DNA of 12,851 nucleotides from Chthoniobacteraceae bacterium (GTDB taxonomy: Bacteria; Verrucomicrobiota; Verrucomicrobiia; Chthoniobacterales; Chthoniobacteraceae): NCBI GenBank assembly GCA_031409335.1, contig JANNWY010000178.1, positions 1-12,851 of the forward strand, in the 5' to 3' direction. This document shows positions 1 to 8,232 of this stretch, in pieces. Below the pieces are notes generated by a model. It did no database searches, was not told the origin of the DNA, and saw nothing but the letters and a program-made list of their open reading frames with translations. The translations under genes and the position numbers were made by a program. Position 1 is the stretch's first letter. Every line of letters begins with the position of its first letter.

Positions 1-202
1 CCGGTTTGCTGCCATTCGGTTTGCCGCCTTTGAGCACGATTTTCCCCTTCGCTGCTTGCGTGGCAGGCTTTGCAGTCTTCACGGCGGCGCGCAGCTTGAG
101 CGTCACCTTTTTTGGTTTCGCAACCTTCGCAGATTTAACGGCTTTTTTCACGATGGGCTTTTTGCTTTTGGCGACGTTTTTTAAGGGCTTCGACTTGGGC
201 AT
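1..202 (-). CDS. 5' part of a gene with a Lys/Ala/Pro-rich, histone-H1-like N-terminus; truncated by the window edge
   Basis: ATG at 202-200 opens a stop-free frame to the edge: MPKSKPLKNVAKSKKPIVKKAVKSAKVAKPKKVTLKLRAAVKTAKPATQAAKGKIVLKGGKPNGSKP. The + strand 84-aa Phe-rich ORF is its antisense shadow. Confidence 0.8.
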   Translation of the reverse strand, partial: MPKSKPLKNVAKSKKPIVKKAVKSAKVAKPKKVTLKLRAAVKTAKPATQAAKGKIVLKGGKPNGSKP

Positions 203-357
203 ATTCGGTGGGAGAATCTCGGATCCTGTGTGTCGCGGAAATTTGAGGGGCGATAGGTAATGGCTTTCACCGGGCCACGCAAGGGGGAAAATCCATGAAT
301 TTTATCGTCCGCGCTGCCACGAAAATACTCCCCGCAAATAGCCCGCAACCGCGCGCT

Positions 358-1152
358 TCACGAACTCGCGCTCGCGTATCGCCTCAGCGCAAAGTGCCAG
401 AACGCCCGCGTCGCCAGCACCACGAATAGCGCCGCTCCCGCCAGTTGCGCCAGCCCGGCCCACGGCGATTCCACCGCCCGCGCGAGCGCCCGCGCTGGCA
501 CGGTCGCCACGAGGATCACCGGGATGATGAAGCTGAAGATGAACTTAAACGCCCCGCGGAACACCGTGTCCGGATAGCGCGCGATATTGAACACATTGAA
601 ATAGCCGTAAATCAGACCCTGCGCGCGCATGATCCAGATCGCCCCGGTCGCGAGGCCAAACATCACCGAATAATGCACCGCCACCGCCAGCGCGATGCCG
701 ACGGCAAACAGCGCGACCTGATGCGGCTCTGGCACGACACCCAACTTCCAAAGCGAGAAAACCACGATCGCGACGCCGACCAGCGCGTTGACCATGTTAT
801 CCATCCCGAACTTTCGCGTGGAGACGGCAAACTGGGAATCGACCGGCAGCAACAGCATCAGATCGAGCCGCCCCGTGCGGATCAGATCAGGCAGCTCCGC
901 GAGATTGACGTAGAAGAATCCCTGAAAGATCTGCGCTGCAATTTGATTCGTGCCGACCAGCAGCACGCACTCCCACTTCGACCAATCGCCGAGCCGATCG
1001 ACGTGCCCAAAGAGCACCTCCAGGAAAACCATCTGCCCGATGAACCAAAGAAACTCGACGACGATCCAGAGCAGAAAATTCGCCTTGAAACTCATCTCGC
1101 GAATCAGCGAGTTGCGAATCATCAGCCAGTAGATTTCGAGATAGCGGGACAA
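358..1152 (-). CDS. ABC-2 family transporter permease (DUF990 / ABC2_membrane_6 type)
   Basis: 264 aa with about 6 hydrophobic segments. Family-like motifs: 'REMSFKANF', 'GDWSKWE', 'IRTGRLDLMLLLPVDSQF', 'ARYPDTVF', and C-terminal 'ALRRYASASS'. TTG start. Confidence 0.85.
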   Translation of the reverse strand: MSRYLEIYWLMIRNSLIREMSFKANFLLWIVVEFLWFIGQMVFLEVLFGHVDRLGDWSKWECVLLVGTNQIAAQIFQGFFYVNLAELPDLIRTGRLDLMLLLPVDSQFAVSTRKFGMDNMVNALVGVAIVVFSLWKLGVVPEPHQVALFAVGIALAVAVHYSVMFGLATGAIWIMRAQGLIYGYFNVFNIARYPDTVFRGAFKFIFSFIIPVILVATVPARALARAVESPWAGLAQLAGAALFVVLATRAFWHFALRRYASASS

Positions 1153-1170
1153 GGGAAAGTTGAGATTTGA

Positions 1171-1355
1171 GGGCCGCGTTTTTTACGCGGTCGCCAAGCT
1201 ACGAAGATCGCGTGGAAGCTCAAGCGCGCAGCGCCCAGGGACTGCGGCGCTTCCTTCGCCGCGCTGTTTTTGTGCAGCCTGACTCAACCGGAAGGCGGCA
1301 ACCCAAGGCGCTGCGCGCTCTGCGACTGATCCGGCAGCGTGAAAAAACGCAGGCC
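1171..1355. repeat. Nested imperfect inverted-repeat cassette in the divergent intergenic region
   Basis: GGCCGCGTTTTTTACGC (1172-1188) pairs with GCGTGAAAAAACGCAGGCC (1337-1355). Inner perfect 13-bp IR: AGCGCGCAGCGCC (1223-1235) / GGCGCTGCGCGCT (1307-1319). Confidence 0.65.
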
Positions 1356-1412
1356 GCGTCTCGTTTCACGAAAAAGCCGGGGAATCCGTTCGCTTCGCCT
1401 AGCGTTCACCCG

Positions 1413-1418
1413 TAGGTT
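1413..1418 (+). promoter_or_regulatory. Candidate sigma70 -10 box for a leaderless deaD transcript
   Basis: TAGGTT (TAnnnT) ends 7 nt before ATG 1426, with no Shine-Dalgarno in between. No good -35. Confidence 0.35.
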
Positions 1419-1425
1419 GCGGGCT

Positions 1426-3204
1426 ATGCAAAAGAAACTTTTCTCGGAACTCGGGCTGTCGCCGGACTTGCTGAAGGCCATCACGCGCGTCGGCTACGAG
1501 GAGGCTTCGCCGATCCAGTCGGAGGCGATTCCCGTGCTGCTTTCGGGGCGCGATGTGGTGGGGCAATCGCAGACGGGCTCGGGAAAAACGGCGGCGTTTG
1601 CGCTGCCGGCGATCGAGAAAGTGGATGCGGCGTTGCGCGCTCCGCAGGCGTTGATTTTGTGCCCGACGCGCGAGCTGGCGGTGCAGGTGGCCGAGGAAGT
1701 CGCAAAGCTCGCGTTTTTCAAAAAAGGTGTGCGCGAACTGCCGATCTACGGCGGACAAAGTTACGACCGGCAATACAAGGGATTGCAGGCCGGGTCGCAG
1801 ATCATCATCGGCACGCCGGGACGCGTGATGGATCATCTCGACCGCGGCTCACTGAAGCTCGATAAATTGAAAATGGTCGTGCTCGACGAGGCGGATCGAA
1901 TGCTCGACATGGGCTTTCGCGAGGACATCGAGACGATCTTGAAACAAGCACCCACCGACCGGCAGACGGTGTTCTTTTCGGCGACGCTGCCGCAGCCGAT
2001 CAAGATGCTGATTAAGAACTACTCGCGCGATCCGGTGAACGTGCGGATCGAGGCGGCGACGCTGGACGTGCCTGCGATCGAGCAGGTCTATTATGAAGTG
2101 GATCGCCGCTCAAAACTCGAAGTGCTCGGACGTTTAATCGACCTTCACGATTTCAAATACGGCCTGATTTTCTGCGCGACGAAGATGATGTGCGACGAGC
2201 TGACCGAGCATCTGATCGCGCGTGGCTACGCCGCGGACAAATTGCACGGCGACATGACGCAGCAAATGCGCGAGCGGGTGATGGGGAAATTTCGCAAGAA
2301 GGGGATCGAGTTTCTCGTGGCGACGGATGTGGCGGCGCGAGGGCTGGACGTGGACGACATCGAAGTGGTCTTCAACTATGACCTGCCGCACGACGGCGAG
2401 GACTACGTGCATCGCATCGGGCGCACAGGCCGCGCGGGCAAGCTGGGACGCGCGATCACGTTCGTGGCGGGGCGGGAGATTTGGAAGATGCAGAACATCA
2501 TTAAGTTCACGCGCGGACGGATCAAACGCGAGAAGGTGCCCACTGCGGAAGAGGTCGAGGAGAAGCGCACGAATGTGTTCTTCGATTCGCTGAAGGAGAC
2601 CCTCGAAAAGGGCGACTACAAACGCCACGACGCGATCATCGACCGACTGCTCGAAGCGGGTCACTCGCCGACGGATATTTCCAGCGCGCTCATCCATCTC
2701 CTCGGCGACGAGGCGAAAGCCGCGGCGCCGATCCCCGAGGATAACCCGGCCCCGCCCCGCCGCGAATACGGCTCGAATCGCGATTATCCAAAATACGAAC
2801 CGCGATCCGGCCCGCGCGAGCGCGCGCCCGGCTTTCAGCGAAATGATGATCGCAGGGAGCGCCCGCCATTTCGCGAAGCGCGCACGGAAACTCGTCCGCA
2901 GAATCGCCCCGAGCGCCCCGAACGCCCCGAGCGCCCGGACCGCGAAGAGTCGCCGGTTTCCCACGAAGCGGGAATGACGCGGCTGAATTTCAACCTCGGA
3001 CGCGACCACCAGATCCAGCCGGGCGATCTCGTCGGCGTGATCGCCGGTGTCGCGCGTTTGCCAAAGGAAAACATCGGCGCGATCCGCGTGCAGACGAAAA
3101 CGTCGTTCGTGGATGTCGCCGACGATGCCGCGGCGCTTGTGTTGAAAAAGCTGAACGGAATCAAATTCAAAGGCCGCAAGCTCGCCGTCTCTCGCGCTGC
3201 CTGA
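1426..3204 (+). CDS. deaD: DEAD-box ATP-dependent RNA helicase, DeaD/CsdA-like, with C-terminal DbpA-type RNA-binding domain
   Basis: Q motif (GYEEASPIQ), motif I (QTGSGKT), [32 protein letters not shown]; Arg/Glu/Pro-rich linker; C-terminal '[17 protein letters not shown]...IGAIRV...SFVDV'. Start moved to ATG 1426, just before the Q motif. Confidence 0.93.
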   Translation: MQKKLFSELGLSPDLLKAITRVGYEEASPIQSEAIPVLLSGRDVVGQSQTGSGKTAAFALPAIEKVDAALRAPQALILCPTRELAVQVAEEVAKLAFFKKGVRELPIYGGQSYDRQYKGLQAGSQIIIGTPGRVMDHLDRGSLKLDKLKMVVLDEADRMLDMGFREDIETILKQAPTDRQTVFFSATLPQPIKMLIKNYSRDPVNVRIEAATLDVPAIEQVYYEVDRRSKLEVLGRLIDLHDFKYGLIFCATKMMCDELTEHLIARGYAADKLHGDMTQQMRERVMGKFRKKGIEFLVATDVAARGLDVDDIEVVFNYDLPHDGEDYVHRIGRTGRAGKLGRAITFVAGREIWKMQNIIKFTRGRIKREKVPTAEEVEEKRTNVFFDSLKETLEKGDYKRHDAIIDRLLEAGHSPTDISSALIHLLGDEAKAAAPIPEDNPAPPRREYGSNRDYPKYEPRSGPRERAPGFQRNDDRRERPPFREARTETRPQNRPERPERPERPDREESPVSHEAGMTRLNFNLGRDHQIQPGDLVGVIAGVARLPKENIGAIRVQTKTSFVDVADDAAALVLKKLNGIKFKGRKLAVSRAA

Positions 3205-3214
3205 CATATTCCGG

Positions 3215-3490
3215 ATGATGACCGCCCGCCAAGTCTTCTACGAAGGCCGCGTCCAAGGCGTGGGCTTTCGCTTTTCGTGCAAACAAATCGCGAGTGGCTA
3301 CGAAGTCGTCGGCTGGGTGCGCAACCTGCCCGATGGCCGCGTGGAACTGCAATGCGGCGGCGATGTCGAGGAAGTGGAGGCGTATCTCGAAGGGATCGCA
3401 GAGAGCCAGCTCAAGAGTCACATCAAGAGCGTAACGGCGACCGTGATCCCGCCGCTGGTCGGTGCGCGAGGTTTTGAAATCGCGCAGTAG
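3215..3490 (+). CDS. acyP: Acylphosphatase
   Basis: Signatures 'GRVQGVGFR' and '[12 protein letters not shown]'; 91 aa. Confidence 0.93.
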   Translation: MMTARQVFYEGRVQGVGFRFSCKQIASGYEVVGWVRNLPDGRVELQCGGDVEEVEAYLEGIAESQLKSHIKSVTATVIPPLVGARGFEIAQ

Positions 3491-3543
3491 TTGCCAATCG
3501 CGGTAACGAATCGGTAACACGACCCACACACATTCGAGCAGCC

Positions 3544-4392
3544 ATGCCCGATCCTGCCATTTCCATCAAGAACGTCTCCAAGACTTACCCAATTCCCTTC
3601 AAGCGGGAGAAGGTGGTCGCGGTGAAAGACCTCTCGCTCGATGTCGAGCCGGGGCAGGTCTATGGGCTGCTCGGGCCGAATGGGTCGGGCAAATCCACGA
3701 CGATGAAGATCGTGCTCGGGCTCGTGCGACCGACTTTGGGGAAGACGGAGATTTTCGGGCGGAGTTCCACGGAAGTGGAAAGTCGGGAGGATGTCGGGTT
3801 TCTGCCGGAGAATCCTTACTTTTACAAATTCCTTACTGGCGAGGAGACGCTGCAATTTTACGGGAAAATCTGCGGGCTGCGCGGCGCGAAGCTGCGCGAG
3901 CGGACGATGGAATTGCTCGCGCTGGTGGGCCTGGAAAACGCCGCGAACCGGCGCATCGGCGGCTACTCGAAAGGCATGCTCCAGCGGATCGGACTCGCGC
4001 AGGCGCTGGTGCAGGAGCCGCGTTTGCTCGTGCTCGATGAACCGACGGCGGGCGTCGATCCGGCGGGCTCACGCGAGATTCGCGATCTGATTTTGGATTT
4101 CAAAAAGCGCGGCATCACCATCCTGCTCTGCTCGCATCTGCTCGGCCAGGTGCAGGAAATCTGCGACCGCATCGGCATCCTGCACGAAGGCGCGCTGATC
4201 CGCGAAGGTCGGTTGAGCGAACTCATTTCGATCCAAAACCAAACTGAGCTGATTTTGGAAAACGCATCGCCGGAATTGCTCGCGGCGATTGAGCGGCAGA
4301 GCGCGGCGGGCGGGGCGCGCATCGTGGAAAAGCGGAAGCCGCAGACGACGCTGGAGCAGTATTTTTTGGATGTGACGGGAGGACTGAAATGA
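3544..4392 (+). CDS. ABC transporter ATP-binding protein (ABC-2 type, PilH-like)
   Basis: Walker A GPNGSGKS, signature YSKGMLQR, Walker B LLVLDEP, H-loop CSH; 'VGFLPENPYFYKFLTG'. Confidence 0.93.
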   Translation: MPDPAISIKNVSKTYPIPFKREKVVAVKDLSLDVEPGQVYGLLGPNGSGKSTTMKIVLGLVRPTLGKTEIFGRSSTEVESREDVGFLPENPYFYKFLTGEETLQFYGKICGLRGAKLRERTMELLALVGLENAANRRIGGYSKGMLQRIGLAQALVQEPRLLVLDEPTAGVDPAGSREIRDLILDFKKRGITILLCSHLLGQVQEICDRIGILHEGALIREGRLSELISIQNQTELILENASPELLAAIERQSAAGGARIVEKRKPQTTLEQYFLDVTGGLK

Positions 4393-4413
4393 AGGGGTGT
4401 CCACTTTGCGAGG

Positions 4414-4554
4414 TGCCTGCGGCGCTGAACATCGAACGTCGAACATCGAACATCGAACATCGAACGCAGAACTCGTGGCCGCGCGATTTCAGACTCCGAA
4501 AACTTCGATGTTCGATGTTCGATGTTCGACGTTCGATGTTCAGCGCCGCAGGCA
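4414..4554. repeat. Perfect 51-bp inverted repeat built from GAACATC heptamer tandem repeats, 39-nt spacer
   Basis: 4414-4464 is the exact reverse complement of 4504-4554. Each arm has 5 heptamers, including one variant unit (GAACGTC/GACGTTC) at the mirrored position. Confidence 0.95.
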
Positions 4555-4564
4555 TCCCCCTTTT

Positions 4565-5461
4565 ATGAGCGCCGCCCCCACCAAGCACATCGCCTTCTCC
4601 CCCGCGCGCATCGCGGCGATCGCCTCAAACACGCTGCTCGAACTCGTCCGCCTGAAAGTCTTCTACTTCATGCTCATCTTCGCGCTGCTGCTCATCGGCA
4701 GCTCCGCGTTCATGGTGCGGTTCTCTTTTCAGCAGCAGTTCCAAGTGCTGAAGGATGTCTCGCTCGGCGCCATGTCCGTTTTTACCTGGCTCCTCGCGAC
4801 GCTTTCCACGGCGATGCTGCTGCCAAAGGACATCGAAGATCGCACGCTTTACACCATCCTCGCGAAGCCCGTCCCGCGCCTCGAATACCTGCTCGGAAAA
4901 CTCTTTGGCGTGCTCGCGATGCTGGCCATCGCGCTGGTCTGCATGAGCGCGCTTTTCTTCGTAGTATTGTATGCGCGCGAGCAAATCGTGCTCGCCGAGA
5001 CCGTGAAAGTCACACCGCCGGACGAACTCGCAGCCGCCCTCCGCGACGTGCGTGATCTCACCTTCAACGTCAACCTGCTGCCCGGCATCGCGATCATCTA
5101 TCTCAAGGCTGCGGTCGTCGCCGCATTGACGCTCCTGCTCTCCACATTCGCCTCGTCGTGGATCTTCACGATCATCGTTTCCGTGATGATGTATATCATC
5201 GGCCACGTCCAGCCCATCGCCCGCGAATACTGGCTGGAAGCCGTTCCCGGCGGCACCGTCGCCTCGCCGGTATTGAAAATCTTCCTCGGTCTCGTCGCGG
5301 TCGCCTTCCCCGATTTCCAGTTGTTCAATCTCGTCGATGACATCGTCGTCGGAAACGCGGTATCGACGACCATGTTTCTGAAAACCACCGGGCTTGGCTG
5401 CGGCTACGTTTTCATCTACACGCTTGTGGGTTACCTGATGTTCGCAAACAAGGAACTGTGA
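4565..5461 (+). CDS. ABC transporter permease (PilI/NosY-like ABC-2 type)
   Basis: About 6 TM segments; 'RIAAIASNTLLELVRLKVFY', 'DIEDRTLYTILAKPVPRLEYLLGK', C-terminal 'FANKEL'. Start moved to ATG 4565 because the upstream extension only translates the repeat. Confidence 0.88.
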   Translation: MSAAPTKHIAFSPARIAAIASNTLLELVRLKVFYFMLIFALLLIGSSAFMVRFSFQQQFQVLKDVSLGAMSVFTWLLATLSTAMLLPKDIEDRTLYTILAKPVPRLEYLLGKLFGVLAMLAIALVCMSALFFVVLYAREQIVLAETVKVTPPDELAAALRDVRDLTFNVNLLPGIAIIYLKAAVVAALTLLLSTFASSWIFTIIVSVMMYIIGHVQPIAREYWLEAVPGGTVASPVLKIFLGLVAVAFPDFQLFNLVDDIVVGNAVSTTMFLKTTGLGCGYVFIYTLVGYLMFANKEL

Positions 5462-6219
5462 AAACCTGCCTCATCGCCCTCGGCATCATCGTTGCATTCG
5501 GGATCATCCGCATGCCTTTGGAGCAGCGCCTGGCGGTGGAACACCGCGCTGCGTTTTTCCACGGCGCGCGACTCAACCTTGATCTTCGCCAACAACTCGG
5601 CCAGATGGGTTTTCTTGCCGCACTCAGCGGCTTCCGCGCGGTCGTCGCCGACATGCTCTGGATCGAGGCGCATTCCGCTTGGGAGCGCACCGAGTGGGGC
5701 CGGATGCAGTTGCACCTGGATGCCGTCACCTCACTGCAACCGCGCTGCGTGATGTTTTGGGACATGGCCGCGTGGCACATGGCTTGGAACGCCAGCGTCG
5801 CCGCCTTCAACGATCGCAATCAGCCGCGCGAGGCGCTGCGGATCAAGGCTCAGCGCGAGTATTTCAAGGTCGGCGAAGACTTCCTCCTGCACGGCATCCA
5901 GAACAATCCCGACAAGGGTTTCCTCTACGAAAGAGCCGGCGCGTTCTACGATCAGAAGATGCACGACTCCTGCAAGGCGGCGGAATATTTCGCGAAAGCC
6001 GCCACGTTTCCCGATGCCTTTCCCTACGTGAAAAGGCTCGCCGCCTTCCGCCTCGCCGAGTGCCCCGGCCACGAACGCGAAGCCTACGACCAGCTCGTCG
6101 CCCTCTACAAGATGGGCGAGGCGGAACGCGTGCCAACGCTCTACACAAAACTTCGCGAGTTAGAGGAAAAATTGAGTGTTCCTCAGGAACAGAGGATTTA
6201 TACTCCGCGAATTCCCTAA
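5458..6219 (+). CDS. Membrane-anchored helical/TPR-like hypothetical protein coupled to the ABC permease (PilG/XapA-like)
   Basis: GTGA start/stop overlap with the permease; N-terminal hydrophobic anchor; 'GFRAVVADMLWI...VTSLQP...WDMAAWHMAWN...GIQNNPD...AAEYFAKAA'. Confidence 0.75.
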   Translation: MKTCLIALGIIVAFGIIRMPLEQRLAVEHRAAFFHGARLNLDLRQQLGQMGFLAALSGFRAVVADMLWIEAHSAWERTEWGRMQLHLDAVTSLQPRCVMFWDMAAWHMAWNASVAAFNDRNQPREALRIKAQREYFKVGEDFLLHGIQNNPDKGFLYERAGAFYDQKMHDSCKAAEYFAKAATFPDAFPYVKRLAAFRLAECPGHEREAYDQLVALYKMGEAERVPTLYTKLRELEEKLSVPQEQRIYTPRIP

Positions 6220-6229
6220 TCTTTCCCCA

Positions 6230-6952
6230 ATGCGATTCGCTGTTTTCGGAGACATCCACGCCAATTTAGAAGCCCTGCAAGCCGTCCTCAAGGACGCGCA
6301 AGCGCACGACGTCACCCACTACGTCTGCCTCGGCGATGTCGTCGGCTACAACGCAAACCCGCACGAGTGCGTCGAAATCATCCGCAATCTCGATTGCCCG
6401 GTCGTAAAGGGAAATCACGACGAGCAGGCCTCACTCACGGACGATCTCTCCGGCTTCAATCCGCTCGCCGAGGAAGCGATCAACTGGACGCGCCGCCAGC
6501 TCACCGAAGCCGACAAACAATGGCTGCGCGACCTGAAGATGGTGCGGCAGGTGCGCGATTTCACGATCGTCCACGCGACCCTCGATACCCCGCACAAATG
6601 GGGCTACGTCTTCAACCAGCTCGATGCTGCGGCGAGCTTCAACTACCAGCACACGCAGCTCTGTTTCTACGGCCACACCCACGCACCGCGCGCTTACATC
6701 CGCGACGCCTCGGTGAAAAGTCAGACGCTCGACAAGCTCACGATCGAGCAGGGGAAAAAGTATTTCATCAATGTCGGCAGCGTCGGTCAGCCACGCGATG
6801 GCGACTGGCACGCATCCTATTGCCTCTACCACCCGGACCGCCAGATCGTGGAGTTGCGCCGTCTCGAGTACGACATCTACGCCGCGCAGGATAAAATCGT
6901 GGACGCCGGCCTGCCACAGCGGCTCGCAGACCGGCTGGCGCTGGGCAAGTAG
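6230..6952 (+). CDS. Calcineurin-like metallophosphoesterase (Metallophos_2 type)
   Basis: DIHAN, LGDVVGY, KGNHD, VHA, GHTH, INVGSVGQPRDGD motifs. ATG at 6230. Confidence 0.92.
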   Translation: MRFAVFGDIHANLEALQAVLKDAQAHDVTHYVCLGDVVGYNANPHECVEIIRNLDCPVVKGNHDEQASLTDDLSGFNPLAEEAINWTRRQLTEADKQWLRDLKMVRQVRDFTIVHATLDTPHKWGYVFNQLDAAASFNYQHTQLCFYGHTHAPRAYIRDASVKSQTLDKLTIEQGKKYFINVGSVGQPRDGDWHASYCLYHPDRQIVELRRLEYDIYAAQDKIVDAGLPQRLADRLALGK

Positions 6953-6956
6953 TTGA

Positions 6957-6987
6957 ATTGCGGATTGCGGATTGCGGATTGCGGATT
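6957..6987. repeat. Heptamer tandem repeat (ATTGCGG)x4 + ATT
   Basis: Four perfect units at 6957-6984, then ATT; begins 4 nt after the phosphoesterase stop. Confidence 0.95.
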
Positions 6988-7002
6988 CAAAGCAGCGGGC
7001 GC

Positions 7003-7980
7003 GTGAGCCTAGTCCCATCCGTCATCAGTTCGATCTTGATCGTGAAGCCGAGTTCGCTCGGCGACATCGTCCACACGCTGCCCGCCGTCGCCGCGATCAA
7101 GGCGCACTGGCCCGGCGCGCATCTGCGCTGGATCGTGAATCCCGAGTGGGCACCGCTGCTCGAAGGCAACCGGCACGTCGATGAAATCGTGCTCTTCCCG
7201 CGCCGCGATTTCCGCGGTGTGCGCGGGATGATGCGCATCGCGCCGTGGGCGCGAGGATTGCGCGAGCGGGTGAATGCGGGTCTCGTGCTCGATTTTCAAG
7301 GTCTGCTCCGCAGCGCCCTCATCTCGAAACTCTGCCGCGGCGCAGGCGGGCGCATCATCGGGCTGTCCGATGCCCGCGAAGGCGCACGCCACTTCTACGA
7401 TGAAGTCGTCGATGTCTCCGGCTGCACGCACGCGGTCGATCGTTACCTCGCGCTACTCCGCCCGCTCGGCATCAGCCCGCCGCAAGGCCACTGGTGGCCG
7501 CTTCCCGGCGGCACGGCACCCATGGATTTTTCCACCGCGGAGCGATTCATCGTCCTGCACCCGTTTTCGCGTGGAAAAGGCAAGTCACTCAGCGTCGCGG
7601 AAGTCGCCGAGTTTTGCCACGCACTCGCGCCCGCGCGCGTCGTCCTCGTGGGCCGCACGGACGAGCGCGTGCCGCCGCTTGGAAATGTGACGGACCTCCT
7701 CAATCGCACTTCACTCCACGAACTCATCTGGCTCGTGCGCCGCGCGAGTTATTTCGTCAGCGTGGACAGCGGGCCTATGCACATCGCTGCCGCGATCACC
7801 CCGCTCGTCGTTTCCATCCACACATGGAGCGATCCCGCGAAAGTCGGCCCCTACCATCCCGACGCGTGGATTTGGAAAGACGGCGCGCTTTTTCAAATGA
7901 AAGCACCCGCCGCTCGCCAGCCAGCCGCCGGCATCAGCGCCCTCGCCGCCTTCATCGCGCGACGCGCGGCGGAAGAGTAG
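7003..7980 (+). CDS. Glycosyltransferase family 9 (LPS heptosyltransferase WaaC/WaaF-like)
   Basis: 'ILIVKPSSLGDIVHTLPA', 'LDFQGLLRSA', 'HAVDRYL', 'VSVDSGPMHIAAA'. Likely GTG start at 7003; the extension to 6958 is repeat-derived. Confidence 0.88.
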   Translation: MSLVPSVISSILIVKPSSLGDIVHTLPAVAAIKAHWPGAHLRWIVNPEWAPLLEGNRHVDEIVLFPRRDFRGVRGMMRIAPWARGLRERVNAGLVLDFQGLLRSALISKLCRGAGGRIIGLSDAREGARHFYDEVVDVSGCTHAVDRYLALLRPLGISPPQGHWWPLPGGTAPMDFSTAERFIVLHPFSRGKGKSLSVAEVAEFCHALAPARVVLVGRTDERVPPLGNVTDLLNRTSLHELIWLVRRASYFVSVDSGPMHIAAAITPLVVSIHTWSDPAKVGPYHPDAWIWKDGALFQMKAPAARQPAAGISALAAFIARRAAEE

Positions 7981-8232
7981 TCCCCGACTTTAGCCAAAAA
8001 GCGGCGATGGAGATTGCCGCTGAGGACACGGAGGACACGGAAAACGCGGATCAGGAAGAGGTTGGGTTCCGCATCACCGAAAGGGCGTCGTTCACCCATT
8101 GGGCAGATGGCTCAAGACTCGTATTCTCCGCGTTCTCCGTGTCTTCCGCGTCGTCCGCGGTTCTCATCGCCGAGTCTAAAAAATAGTCGATCGAAACACA
8201 GCCACGCTCTGGACGACTAAAGTCGGGACTAC
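7977..8232. repeat. Nested palindromic cassette: GTAG-type REP-like pair enclosing an inverted pair of 9-mer tandem-repeat arms
   Basis: GTAGTCCCCGACTTTAG (7977-7993) vs CTAAAGTCGGGACTAC (8217-8232), 1 indel. Inner arms 8003-8050 (GAGGACACG-GAGGACACG-GAAAACGCG) and 8127-8171 are imperfect reverse complements. Confidence 0.8.

Noticed and set aside
6..260. 84-aa + strand Phe-rich ORF
   Set aside because: Antisense shadow of the Lys-rich minus-strand gene (TTT from AAA codons).
1224..1318. SRP RNA or SAM-I riboswitch
   Set aside because: CCGGAAGG is off-centre and lacks the TCAGG…AGCAG flanks of SRP; the SAM-I core (ATC…GAG, closing GAT) is not in the right arrangement.
2905..2943. 9-bp tandem repeat in deaD (RPE repeats)
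   Set aside because: In-frame low-complexity linker with synonymous variation; common in DEAD-box helicase tails.
4397..4564. N-terminal extension of the permease, and nearby ORFs with 'EHRTSNI'/'MFDVRCS' repeats
   Set aside because: Translations of the heptamer inverted repeat; family similarity begins after ATG 4565.
4414..8232. CRISPR interpretation of the repeats
   Set aside because: Units are 7-9 bp tandem or inverted repeats without 25-40-bp repeat/spacer periodicity, and there are no cas genes.
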